From Acidobacteriota bacterium (GTDB lineage Bacteria; Acidobacteriota; UBA6911; RPQK01; JADFOI01), in NCBI GenBank assembly GCA_965218935.1, contig CBDCMH010000011.1, positions 194,406 through 258,405 on the forward strand: a DNA stretch of 64,000 nt, written 5' to 3'. Made by a program: the position numbers and the translations under genes. This document shows positions 49,320-57,919 of this stretch, piece after piece. Positions within the stretch are counted from its first letter, which is position 1; each line of letters begins with the position of its first letter. The notes beneath the pieces were generated by a model that was not told the origin of the DNA, made no database searches, and worked only from the letters and a program-made list of their open reading frames with translations.

Positions 49320-49474
49320 AGCGTTCTCCTTTTGGTTGTGCCATGACCAGCATCGGCTTGCTCTGATGGGCTGTCAAGATCAGCCCTTTGAGGGGGTGAG
49401 ATCTCACCCCCTCAAACCTTCCAACTCTCTCTTAACTCTCGGCCCTATGTGTCCCACTTTCGCTGACGGGATAC

Positions 49475-49954
49475 ATGTTTAAGTATCCTTTTCTTTACGC
49501 GGTTGAAGTGGGATCCATGCGCCTGTCGGATCAGGAAGCCAGCCAGCTAAGAGAATATTTGCTCCGAGGAGGCTTTCTGGTGGTGGATGACTTTCATGGG
49601 GAATACGAATGGCAGAACTTTTACCGACAAATCAAGAAGGTCTTCCCGGAGTATGAGCCGGTTGACCTCGACATCAGCCACCCCATTTTTCACTGCTACT
49701 ACGACATCAAGGAACTGATCCAGATCCCGGGACTCCAGTTCGTTTACAGTGGGAGAACCTGGGAAAAGGGGGGCTATGAGGCTCATTACAAGGGCATTCA
49801 GGATGAGAAGGGACGGCTCATGGTGATGATCAATCACAACGTCGACCTGGGAGACGCCTGGGAATGGGCTGAAGTGGAAGTCTATCCGCGTGAATACGCC
49901 AACCTCGCCTTCCAGCTGGGAATCAATTACATTATCTACTCCATGACTCACTAG
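49475..49954 (+). pseudogene. DUF4159 gene, C-terminal fragment downstream of IS3
   Basis: YPFLYAVEVGS...LREYLLRGGFLVVDDFHGEYEW motifs continue the family alignment from the N-terminal fragment. Confidence 0.5.
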
Positions 49955-49967
49955 CCCGGATTATTCA
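49952..49967 (-). promoter_or_regulatory. recurrent motif copy d (TGAATAATCCGGGCTAGTG), overlapping the DUF4159 stop codon
   Basis: Same motif family. No downstream gene lies in promoter orientation, only antisense to the DUF4159 fragment. Confidence 0.3.
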
Positions 49968-50000
49968 CAGTTCCGCCGCGACCCTCAGGATTGCGACACA

Positions 50001-50207
50001 CCTCCGGAGTGTAGGAGGCACCTCAGGTGCCGAACGGCCCCCAGGCGAAAGCCTGCGGCTCTGACAGAATAGCGGGAACACTCGAAGCGGCGGGTTAAAG
50101 AGGGACAAACAGAGCCGTGGGCTTTAGCTCACGGGCTTCACCAGAACAAAAATGGTTTCAGAAACTCAAGGGGTTCGGCACCTGAGGTGCCTCCTACATT
50201 CCGGAGG
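50001..50207. repeat. 35-bp near-perfect inverted repeat pair flanking a 137-nt spacer (MITE-like or structured RNA)
   Basis: CCTCCGGAGTGTAGGAGGCACCTCAGGTGCCGAAC (50001-50035) versus GTTCGGCACCTGAGGTGCCTCCTACATTCCGGAGG (50173-50207), with one mismatch. The arms contain internal palindromes. Confidence 0.55.
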
Positions 50208-50232
50208 TTCGTGCCGTCGCCCTTGCCCTTAT

Positions 50233-50937
50233 CTACCGTTCACCGAACGTGTACAGGAGACCCCCACTCACCTGCCAATTGTGGAGAACCCCGTTGGGGC
50301 GCAAGCCTGCGCCAAGGAGAGGAGCCGTGGAGGGAAGCCCATAATCACTCACGCCGGTGACATGGTCGCGAACATCAACGCGGAGCCCCCACTCAGGCCC
50401 CATGGGAAACTTGACCCCTCCGCCATAGCTAAAAGCAAACTTCCATCGATTCTTCAGGTCCACTCCCTGCAGTAAGGCATCGTCTACCGAATCACTGGAG
50501 ACCCTGAAAAAAGAGGTTCCAATCCCGACGGAGGCGAAAGGAATGTAACGACCCTGTCGCTGCATGGGATAAACCAGAACACTGTAGGCGAATTTGTGAA
50601 CCTTGTGACCCAACTCCATCAGGGGAATCGAGGGGCTCAAGTTGACAAAAAGGAGTGGCTGATCGGCCAGGGCATACTCCAGCTCCGCCCCAAAACGCGG
50701 CGTGAGATTTTCTCCGATTCGAACACCCAGTAGATAGCCCGAATCGAAACTTAAGCCAACATCTCGGGTTGTGCCCCCTTCGACGGGCGTGACCAGAGTC
50801 TTTTCCCCCATCTCACTCACACCCAAAAACATCGAGATTTCCCACCTGTTTTCCTCTCCAGGGAATCGAGTCTGGGCCGAGGCTTCCGGCATCAGCAGCA
50901 CAAGGACCGGCCAAAAGAGCAGACAGTATCTGAGCAT
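50233..50937 (-). CDS. outer-membrane beta-barrel protein (OmpA-like porin family)
   Basis: Signal peptide, alternating amphipathic beta-strands and a C-terminal LLYTFG. Confidence 0.55.
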   Translation of the reverse strand: MLRYCLLFWPVLVLLMPEASAQTRFPGEENRWEISMFLGVSEMGEKTLVTPVEGGTTRDVGLSFDSGYLLGVRIGENLTPRFGAELEYALADQPLLFVNLSPSIPLMELGHKVHKFAYSVLVYPMQRQGRYIPFASVGIGTSFFRVSSDSVDDALLQGVDLKNRWKFAFSYGGGVKFPMGPEWGLRVDVRDHVTGVSDYGLPSTAPLLGAGLRPNGVLHNWQVSGGLLYTFGER

Positions 50938-51001
50938 CTGTTTCCTTCCTCAAGAAGAACCCCATTGTAGCTTTTGGATGCGACAAGTGAGGAAGCGGTA
51001 C

Positions 51002-51460
51002 TTACGGAGCGGCGTTTTGAGGTCTCTCTCTTCTGCGCATGGAACCCGAGCCCTGCCTTCCTCTTTGCCCGCGTTGCTCACGCTGAGCCAGCAACTCCTC
51101 AAATTGTTCCATCTGGTCAGGTTCTAGGATGGTTCGAATTTGTTCGAGAGTTTCTCCGCGAACGACTCGATGTCGTCGGTTGGATTCCTGGTTGATCTCA
51201 CCAAGCTGCTGACGACTTTCCTCAAGAATCCGGCGAAGTTCTGTTCGCTGCGATGGGCTCAGATCCAAAGCATCCGACAAGTAGCTCATGCTGCGCTCTG
51301 GAGAGGGATTGTTGCGAATTCCCTGGCTCCGGCCAGGGGACCACCCGTCAGGAAACGGGGAACGAGGCTGGGCCCAAAAGAAAACCAGAGTTCCCCCAAA
51401 CAAGACACCGATTCCAAAAATCAGCAATACCAGGAAGGTGGCCTTGCTGCGACTGTTCAT
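51002..51460 (-). CDS. periplasmic LTXXQ-motif protein (Spy/CpxP-like)
   Basis: Signal/TM region. LDLSPSQRTEL and LEPDQMEQFEEL motifs. Last gene of the ECF sigma operon. Confidence 0.55.
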   Translation of the reverse strand: MNSRSKATFLVLLIFGIGVLFGGTLVFFWAQPRSPFPDGWSPGRSQGIRNNPSPERSMSYLSDALDLSPSQRTELRRILEESRQQLGEINQESNRRHRVVRGETLEQIRTILEPDQMEQFEELLAQREQRGQRGRQGSGSMRRRERPQNAAP

Positions 51461-51879
51461 GGGATGAGCTCCTCCTCCCGCGATTCTCCAAGGGAATCCA
51501 CGACATCTTCGACCGAGAAGTCCTCGGGTACCGGTTCTTCGAAGAAGATCAAGGCGTAGTCTTCCATGGCCGGTTCCGCTTCGGTCGACCTATAGAGCAG
51601 AAAGCTGCTGACCAGAACTACGGCTACAAACACGGGAATCAACTGCTGTGCCACCCGCTGAAACAAGGCAGCAAAGGAGATCATCGGTGTCTCAACCAGC
51701 CGGGCTACTCGCTGGCTGAAAAATGGAGGGGGATCCACTTGAGGAGCTAATTTCACCTGAAAGCCCAGGAAACTGAAAATCTTCCACCCCTTCCGGCACT
51801 CCTCACAATCGTTCAGGTGAGACAGATCCGGTGTCTCCTCAAAATCCAGTTCCTCGAAGAGAATGTGTTCTTTAGCCAT
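51457..51879 (-). CDS. anti-sigma factor (single-pass membrane)
   Basis: It overlaps the sigma gene by 8 nt. There is a cytoplasmic N-terminus with a Cys pair (CEEC) and one TM helix. Confidence 0.5.
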   Translation of the reverse strand: MAKEHILFEELDFEETPDLSHLNDCEECRKGWKIFSFLGFQVKLAPQVDPPPFFSQRVARLVETPMISFAALFQRVAQQLIPVFVAVVLVSSFLLYRSTEAEPAMEDYALIFFEEPVPEDFSVEDVVDSLGESREEELIP

Positions 51880-52480
51880 TGTTCATCTTCTTTCCCGAAT
51901 AGAGAAGATCTTCAAGATCCTTCTGTAATCTCCTTTTGCATCGGCTGACGCGAATTCTAACCGCCAGCTCACTACTCTCCAGGGTCTGGGCAATTTCAGG
52001 ATAGCTCAGCCCTTCTAGCTCCCGGAGAACAAAGGCCATTTTGTCCTTCCTATTCAACCGCTCCATGAGCTCTTCAAGAAGCTCGAACATCTCCTCGACA
52101 TCTTCCTCGGTCAGAGCACTGTGTTGACTGAACCGCTCATAGAAGTACTCGATCTTACTCTCTTCATCCCCACCCAAATCGGCAAAAAACCGGATCCTTT
52201 GCTTGGGCGCCTTCCTGATCTCGTCCAGGCAGGTGTTGGCCGTAATCCGCGAGATCCACGCCTTGAGAGGTCGTGCTGCATCGAAAGTATCTAAGGCTCG
52301 AAACACCTTCAAAAACACCTCTTGGGCCAAGTCCTCAACCTCGTTTCGGCGACCCATATAGTGATAGATGATATTGAAAACCAGCCGCTGATAACGTTCA
52401 ACAATCTCCTCAAAAGCGTGGGGGTCACCTTCCAGAGTGGCCTTGACCAACTGGGCATCTGTTCTCTGCGGGTTCCCCAT
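51872..52480 (-). CDS. ECF-type RNA polymerase sigma-70 factor
   Basis: Region 2 (FEEIVERYQRLVFNIIYHYMG...DLAQEVFLKVF) and region 4 HTH motifs. Confidence 0.85.
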   Translation of the reverse strand: MGNPQRTDAQLVKATLEGDPHAFEEIVERYQRLVFNIIYHYMGRRNEVEDLAQEVFLKVFRALDTFDAARPLKAWISRITANTCLDEIRKAPKQRIRFFADLGGDEESKIEYFYERFSQHSALTEEDVEEMFELLEELMERLNRKDKMAFVLRELEGLSYPEIAQTLESSELAVRIRVSRCKRRLQKDLEDLLYSGKKMNNG

Positions 52481-52562
52481 CCCCCGGAGTATATTACGTT
52501 GCGGGATTCCTTTGTTTCACTTTCAATCTTCTCTACAACTGATGGTCGTCAACATACCCCAC

Positions 52563-52859
52563 TTACCACCGAATCGTTCCAGCAACCAGATCGACCTTTT
52601 CCCTTTCCCCCTTCCAGGAACGGCTTCGCTGCAGTTCTCCGGACAGGAAGGCCTCAATGGTTTGAACGGTATCTCCATGATAAGTGGGCGGATAGTAATG
52701 TTTGATTTCCTCCTCACCCAGCACTGGCGTGGTCCAGCCGAACCCACATTTCTGACAGCGTCGAATCTCCCAACTCTCTTCAGGCCGCGGGAAAACGCGG
52801 TCAATGGCGGTCGTAAAGAGCTCCCAATGCGGGCAAGAACAAACCGGGCATTGTTCCAT
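52563..52859 (-). CDS. zinc-ribbon hypothetical protein
   Basis: CPVCSC...CQKCG double CxxC pair. It is divergent from the AI-2E transporter gene. Confidence 0.4.
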   Translation of the reverse strand: MEQCPVCSCPHWELFTTAIDRVFPRPEESWEIRRCQKCGFGWTTPVLGEEEIKHYYPPTYHGDTVQTIEAFLSGELQRSRSWKGEREKVDLVAGTIRW

Positions 52860-52910
52860 TTAACTTGGATGTCCTTTCGTCTTTCACCTTTACTGTGTAT
52901 CATTTTCTTC

Positions 52911-53987
52911 ATGGAAGAGCACCGGTACCTGCGGATTTACTTACTCGTTCTCTCTCTCATTGTCCTTTACTTCGTCTATCGCATTTTTCAACCCTTCCTC
53001 CTCCCCATCAGTCTGGCCGTCGTTCTGGCCACCTTGTGTTTTCCTGTCTTTAACTGGACTTGTCAGAAGCTGCAGAGTCGGCGCAACTGGGCAGCTTTGC
53101 TCACCTGTATTTGGGTAACGGCGAGCATCATCGTCCCTTTTGTCGTCCTGGTCATACTCTTAGCGGGACAAATGGCTGAAGTCTACCAGCAGTTTCAGTC
53201 CAGATTGGAAAGCGGGGACTGGCAGGAATTCCTGAATCTGCAGGACAATCCCCGTTTAAAACTCTTAGCGGACTGGATCGGCCACTATGTCGATTTGGAA
53301 AACTTGGACTTAATGGGCAGTTTGGCTGCTGGTTTGCAGCAGGTCAGTCTGTTTTTTCTGCGCCAAAGCACCTCCATCCTGTCCGGGCTCTTTCGTGTCA
53401 TCATGAATTTCCTGGTTATGCTGGGCTGCATGTTCTTTATTTTCCGGGATGGGGAATATCTCGCAGAAATGCTCAAGACCCTCACCCCGCTCACGGAAGG
53501 TTATCGGCAACGGATCATCAACACGTTCCAAGAGGTGGCAAAAGCGACCGTGATCGGAACCTTGCTCACGGCAGTGGCTCAGGGCGTTTCCGGAGGCCTG
53601 CTTTACTGGATACTGGGGATCCCCAACGCACTTCTGTGGGGTTGCTTAACCGCCCTGTTTTCCTTGCTGCCGGTCGTGGGCACAGGCATTGTTTGGGGTC
53701 CCTGGGCCATTTACTTCTTCCTGACCCAGTCTACGGCCCAGGGAATTATCCTGGTGATCGGAGGTCTGCTGGTGGGAATGATGGACAACTTCTTGAAAGC
53801 GCTTTTCATCGAGGGAAAGGCCGAGATGCATACCCTGATCGTGTTTTTATCCATCATGGGCGGCATCGGATATTTCGGACTGGTGGGTATGATTTTCGGG
53901 CCCATCATCATCGCTCTGGGCCTGACCTTTCTGGAATTGTACAAAATGGAATTTCAACAGCCTGTTGCCGAGCCGGTAGAAGAATGA
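52911..53987 (+). CDS. AI-2E family transporter (PerM/YdiK-like)
   Basis: Start at MEEHRYLRIY. Eight TM helices in the family pattern (FRDGEYL...G.LLTA..QG...G). The upstream part of the long ORF is rejected. Confidence 0.8.
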   Translation: MEEHRYLRIYLLVLSLIVLYFVYRIFQPFLLPISLAVVLATLCFPVFNWTCQKLQSRRNWAALLTCIWVTASIIVPFVVLVILLAGQMAEVYQQFQSRLESGDWQEFLNLQDNPRLKLLADWIGHYVDLENLDLMGSLAAGLQQVSLFFLRQSTSILSGLFRVIMNFLVMLGCMFFIFRDGEYLAEMLKTLTPLTEGYRQRIINTFQEVAKATVIGTLLTAVAQGVSGGLLYWILGIPNALLWGCLTALFSLLPVVGTGIVWGPWAIYFFLTQSTAQGIILVIGGLLVGMMDNFLKALFIEGKAEMHTLIVFLSIMGGIGYFGLVGMIFGPIIIALGLTFLELYKMEFQQPVAEPVEE

Positions 53988-55006
53988 CCCTCTATCAGCG
54001 CTGGATTCACAGACGCGAGCTCAAACTGACCTTGCGGGATCCGCACCGTAAGATTTTCCCCTTTGATTGGGGCCTGGAGTGGATCCGGAACGGTCACAAT
54101 CCCGGTTCAACAGACCCCCTGACCTATTTAAAAGAGCACGCCGAGACGGTCTTAAGGGACAGTGATGCCTTTTTCAATCCGCCCCCGATTGTGGATTGTG
54201 CGGTCAAGGACAATATTTTGACCATGGCAACGCCCACACCTTCACCTCATCCGGAAAACAATAAGGTCTATTGCCGTTTGTTTCCGGCCCGAGGTTCCAA
54301 AGCAGCGGTGATCGTCGTTCCTCAGTGGAATGCCGACCCACAAAGTCATGTACGTCTTTGCCAGATATTCAAGCGATTGGGCATCACGGCTCTGCGTCTT
54401 TGCATGCCCTATCATGAACAGCGCCTCCCCCCTGACATGGAGCGAGCCGACTACATGGTAAGCCCCAACATTGGTCGAACCGTCCATGCCACCCGTCAGG
54501 CCGTTCTGGAGGTTCGCCAGCTGGTGACCTGGCTCAAGGATCAGGGCTATGAGCGAATCGCCGTGATGGGAACCAGCATTGGATCTTGTGTGACCTATCT
54601 AGCATTTGTTCACGATCCTTCGATTTGTACCGGTGTGTTTAACCACGTCTCTTCCTTTTTTGCCGACGTGGTCTGGACAGGACTTTCCACTCGGTACATC
54701 CGTTGGGGTTTGGACGGCCACATTACTCTGAAAGATCTACGACAATGTTGGGCACCGATTAGTCCCTGGTTTTTTATTGATCGTCTCAAGGCTTGTTCCC
54801 GTCCCCATCTTTTCATCACTGCCAAATATGACCTCACCTTCAGGCCCGAACTCACTGAAAAGGTGTTGCATCAATACCAGAGCCACAATATTCCGCACCA
54901 GCGGATCGCTCTGCCCTGCGGTCACTACACTATAGCCACTTTCCCCTTCAGCTACATGGATGGTTGGCATATGTGCCGATATCTGGTAGGCCAGCTCTCT
55001 GCTTAA
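53984..55006 (+). CDS. alpha/beta hydrolase
   Basis: ATGA start/stop overlap with the transporter. GTSIGS nucleophile elbow with downstream Asp/His candidates. Confidence 0.6.
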   Translation: MTLYQRWIHRRELKLTLRDPHRKIFPFDWGLEWIRNGHNPGSTDPLTYLKEHAETVLRDSDAFFNPPPIVDCAVKDNILTMATPTPSPHPENNKVYCRLFPARGSKAAVIVVPQWNADPQSHVRLCQIFKRLGITALRLCMPYHEQRLPPDMERADYMVSPNIGRTVHATRQAVLEVRQLVTWLKDQGYERIAVMGTSIGSCVTYLAFVHDPSICTGVFNHVSSFFADVVWTGLSTRYIRWGLDGHITLKDLRQCWAPISPWFFIDRLKACSRPHLFITAKYDLTFRPELTEKVLHQYQSHNIPHQRIALPCGHYTIATFPFSYMDGWHMCRYLVGQLSA

Positions 55007-55011
55007 GCCTG

Positions 55012-55575
55012 ATGGTCAAGAATATCCTTCTGACAGGCCACCCGGGTGTCGGGAAGACCACAATGCTCAAAGGAGTCATCGAAAGATTTGCTCATCTGGC
55101 CATGACCGGTTTTTACACCGAAGAGATTCGGGAGAAAGGGATTCGATTGGGTTTCAGAGCGGTGGCCATGAACGGAAGCTCGGCTGTTTTCGCTCATCGC
55201 AACTTCCAAACCAAGCCGGAACATCGTGTCGGAAAGTATGGTGTCAAGCCTGAACTTCTGGAGACTCTGGTGCTTTCCCATCTTTCCCCCCAGCGGAAGG
55301 CTGCCGATCTGGTCATCGTCGATGAGATCGCCAAGATGGAATTGCTTTCCATGCCCGTTCGAGAAGGCCTGCTTCAAGCCTTGGATTCGGATTGCCCGCT
55401 GCTGGGAACGATTTCCCTGAAGGGCACTGGTTTTATCAAACAAATGAAGGAGCGCGATGATGTGGAGCTGTTTAAGATCACGTCGGAGAATCGCAACGTC
55501 CTGGGGGAGCAGGTTTGCCGACGGCTGCAGCAGGTGCTGGGGAAGGCCGGCCCGGCTGACCGCCCGACCACCTGA
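55012..55575 (+). CDS. nucleoside-triphosphatase (THEP1-like P-loop NTPase)
   Basis: Walker A LTGHPGVGKTT and Walker B LVIVDEI. About 190 aa, as in the THEP1 family. Confidence 0.65.
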   Translation: MVKNILLTGHPGVGKTTMLKGVIERFAHLAMTGFYTEEIREKGIRLGFRAVAMNGSSAVFAHRNFQTKPEHRVGKYGVKPELLETLVLSHLSPQRKAADLVIVDEIAKMELLSMPVREGLLQALDSDCPLLGTISLKGTGFIKQMKERDDVELFKITSENRNVLGEQVCRRLQQVLGKAGPADRPTT

Positions 55576-55672
55576 CCACCTGACCACCTGACCCACACGA
55601 CCGCACGACAGCACGACAGCACGACAGCACGACAGCACGACAGCACAAAAACACGACAGCACAAAAACACGA
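55566..55672. repeat. tandem octanucleotide repeats (GACCACCT x3; CACGACAG x5 with variants)
   Basis: Simple tandem repeats start inside the last codons of the NTPase gene and are followed by GC palindromes. Confidence 0.6.
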
Positions 55673-55764
55673 ATGCGCAAAGCGCGCTCAGACTGTGTAC
55701 TTTTGCGCGCCAAGCGCCCAATCAGTTATCATACGTCGATTATGAGGTTAGGAAAGAAATAGGA

Positions 55765-56571
55765 ATGACCGATCCCTTAGAAAACCATTGGGCGCTTATA
55801 CTGGGTGCCTCCAGTGGCTTTGGAGCGGCAACGGCCATAGAACTGGCCGGTGCCGGAATGAACATTTTCGGTGTGCATCTGGATCGGCGGGCCACCATGC
55901 CCAACGTGGCGGGCGTCCGTGAGAAAATCGCGGCCAGCGGAAAAGAAAACGTCTTTTTCAATATCAACGCAGCAGACGACAATAAGCGCCAGTCCACCCT
56001 GGACGAAATGCAAAAGATCCTCAAAGAAAAGGGCGGCCCGAGCACGATTCGAGTTTTTGTACACTCATTGGCCTTTGGAACTCTGGGCCGTTATTTTGCG
56101 GCTGATTCCGAAAAGCCTGTCACCGATGCTCAGATGAACATGACCGCGGACGTTATGGCTCACTCCCTGGTTTACTGGGTGCAAGGTTTAATGACTCGAA
56201 AAATGCTGGGCGAGGGGTCAAGACTCTTTGCCATGACCAGTTCGGGAGGTCACCGGGTTTGGCCCAACTACGGCCCTGTTTCAGCCGCCAAAGCTGCTCT
56301 GGAATCCCACATTCGCCAGATTGCACTGGAACTGGCCCCTCAGAGGATCACCGCCAACTCGATTCAAGCGGGCGTGACCGACACTCCAGCATTGCGTGGA
56401 ATACCCGGGCATGAAGAGCTCATCAAGAACGCTACTCGCTGTAATCCCAGCGGCCGTTTGACCGTACCTGAAGATGTGGCACGGGCAATCGTTGCCATGA
56501 GTCACCCCTATGTTCAGTGGATGACGGGCACGGTGATTCGGGTGGATGGCGGAGAAGATATCGCGGGTTAG
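55765..56571 (+). CDS. SDR-family enoyl-ACP-reductase-like oxidoreductase (FabI/FabL-type Y-x6-K)
   Basis: GASSGFG cofactor motif and NYGPVSAAK (Tyr-x6-Lys), characteristic of the enoyl reductase branch of SDRs. Confidence 0.65.
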   Translation: MTDPLENHWALILGASSGFGAATAIELAGAGMNIFGVHLDRRATMPNVAGVREKIAASGKENVFFNINAADDNKRQSTLDEMQKILKEKGGPSTIRVFVHSLAFGTLGRYFAADSEKPVTDAQMNMTADVMAHSLVYWVQGLMTRKMLGEGSRLFAMTSSGGHRVWPNYGPVSAAKAALESHIRQIALELAPQRITANSIQAGVTDTPALRGIPGHEELIKNATRCNPSGRLTVPEDVARAIVAMSHPYVQWMTGTVIRVDGGEDIAG

Positions 56572-56588
56572 AAACGGCAACAGATTTC

Positions 56589-57866
56589 ATGTTCAAAGCA
56601 CCCCGAATTGAGTTTGAAGAACATCGACTGCAGAACGGACTGCAAGTCTTATTGCATCGGAACACTCGAGTTCCCCTGGTTCATTTGAGCATTCACTATC
56701 GGGTGGGATCCAGTTACGAGACGAAGGGTCTTTCCGGGTTTGCTCATCTGTTCGAGCATATGATGTTTCAGGGGTCGGAAAATGTGGCAAAAAACGAGCA
56801 CGGGAGTTATATCGACAACGCCGGAGGCCGTTGGAATGCGACCACCAGCAAGGACAGGACGAACTATTACGAAACGGTGCCTTCTCACTATCTGGAGCTG
56901 GCGTTGTGGCTCGAGTCGGACCGGATGAGATCGTTGGATGTAACGGAAGAGAACTTCGAGAATCAGCTTCAAACAGTCATTGAAGAGAAAAAGCAAAGTT
57001 ATGACAATCGGCCCTACGGACTGGCTACTTTGAGATTTGAGGAGCTCGCTTACGAAAACTGGTCCTACGCTCATCCGATTATCGGCGCCGTGGAGGATTT
57101 GGAGAACTCCACCCTGGAGGATGCGGCAAAGTTTCATCAGACCCATTACGGACCCGGCAATGCGACGCTGGTACTCTCAGGAGATACGGGTGATGATGGG
57201 ACGGCATTAAAGAAAGTCGAGGAGTACTTTGGGGCCCTCACCGACCAGACCCGTCCTGAACCTCCCGATTTGGAAGAGCCGGAGCAGGTTACGGAGAAAA
57301 TCGAAAGGATGACCGATCCACTGGCCGTCCTGCCCGCCGTTTATGCGGGTTATCACATGCCCGCTCTGGGTTCCCCTGAATTTTATGCCATGTCGGTACT
57401 GGGAGTCATTCTCTCTCACGGAGAATCCTCGCGGCTTCACCAGCAACTGATCTACCACAACAACTGGGTCACTGGTCTTTCGGTAGGACCGAACCAATAT
57501 AGAGGACCGGAACTGTTCTTTGTTTGGTTCCAGGTTCAGAGCGCCGTCGATGTCGATCAGGTCTTGCAGGCCGTAGATCAGGAGTTGCGGCGTGTTCAAG
57601 AAGAAAAGATTCCAGCCCAGGAGATCGAGAAAGCGAAAAATCAAATCGCCTTCCGCTTTGTGGAGCGGATGGCCAAAGTGGCTCGAATCGGAGAACTCCT
57701 GGCTCACTATGCTCTCTTTTTCGATGATCCCAAGAGGATCAACGACGCGCTAGATCGCTATCTGGCCGTTAGCGGGGACGATATTCTGCAAGCCACCCAA
57801 AAGATTTTCCGCCCCCAGAACCGGACCTTAATCTTCGTCGAGCCAGGGGAAACAACTGACAACTGA
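56589..57866 (+). CDS. M16 family zinc peptidase (catalytic subunit)
   Basis: HLFEHMMFQGS (HxxEH) inverted zincin motif. The upstream ORF extension is rejected. Confidence 0.85.
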   Translation: MFKAPRIEFEEHRLQNGLQVLLHRNTRVPLVHLSIHYRVGSSYETKGLSGFAHLFEHMMFQGSENVAKNEHGSYIDNAGGRWNATTSKDRTNYYETVPSHYLELALWLESDRMRSLDVTEENFENQLQTVIEEKKQSYDNRPYGLATLRFEELAYENWSYAHPIIGAVEDLENSTLEDAAKFHQTHYGPGNATLVLSGDTGDDGTALKKVEEYFGALTDQTRPEPPDLEEPEQVTEKIERMTDPLAVLPAVYAGYHMPALGSPEFYAMSVLGVILSHGESSRLHQQLIYHNNWVTGLSVGPNQYRGPELFFVWFQVQSAVDVDQVLQAVDQELRRVQEEKIPAQEIEKAKNQIAFRFVERMAKVARIGELLAHYALFFDDPKRINDALDRYLAVSGDDILQATQKIFRPQNRTLIFVEPGETTDN

Positions 57867-57919
57867 CAGTAGAGAGACAACGACAACAAAATGGCGATCT
57901 AGAACCTGGAATTTGAAAC

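Larger units (their letters stand above)
47944..49465 (-). mobile_element. IS3-family insertion sequence
   Basis: Imperfect ~40-bp terminal IRs with TG...CA ends: (CAGCGAGAA)TGGGACATTTGGGGTTCCAAGCTAAGAGA at the left and its inverted counterpart ending ...TGTCCCA(CTTTCGCTG) at the right. It contains orfA and orfB with an A8G slippery site. Confidence 0.7.

Noticed and set aside
52437-52910. 158-aa N-terminal extension of the AI-2E transporter ORF
   Set aside because: It overlaps the divergent zinc-ribbon gene and is non-hydrophobic. The family-typical start MEEHRYLRIY lies at 52911.
53636-53983. Upstream extension of the alpha/beta hydrolase ORF overlapping the transporter gene
   Set aside because: It is out of frame inside the transporter CDS. 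An ATGA stop-start junction at 53984 gives the natural start.
55566-55672. CRISPR array
   Set aside because: The repeats are 8-nt units in direct tandem without spacers. There are no cas genes. It is simple tandem-repeat DNA.
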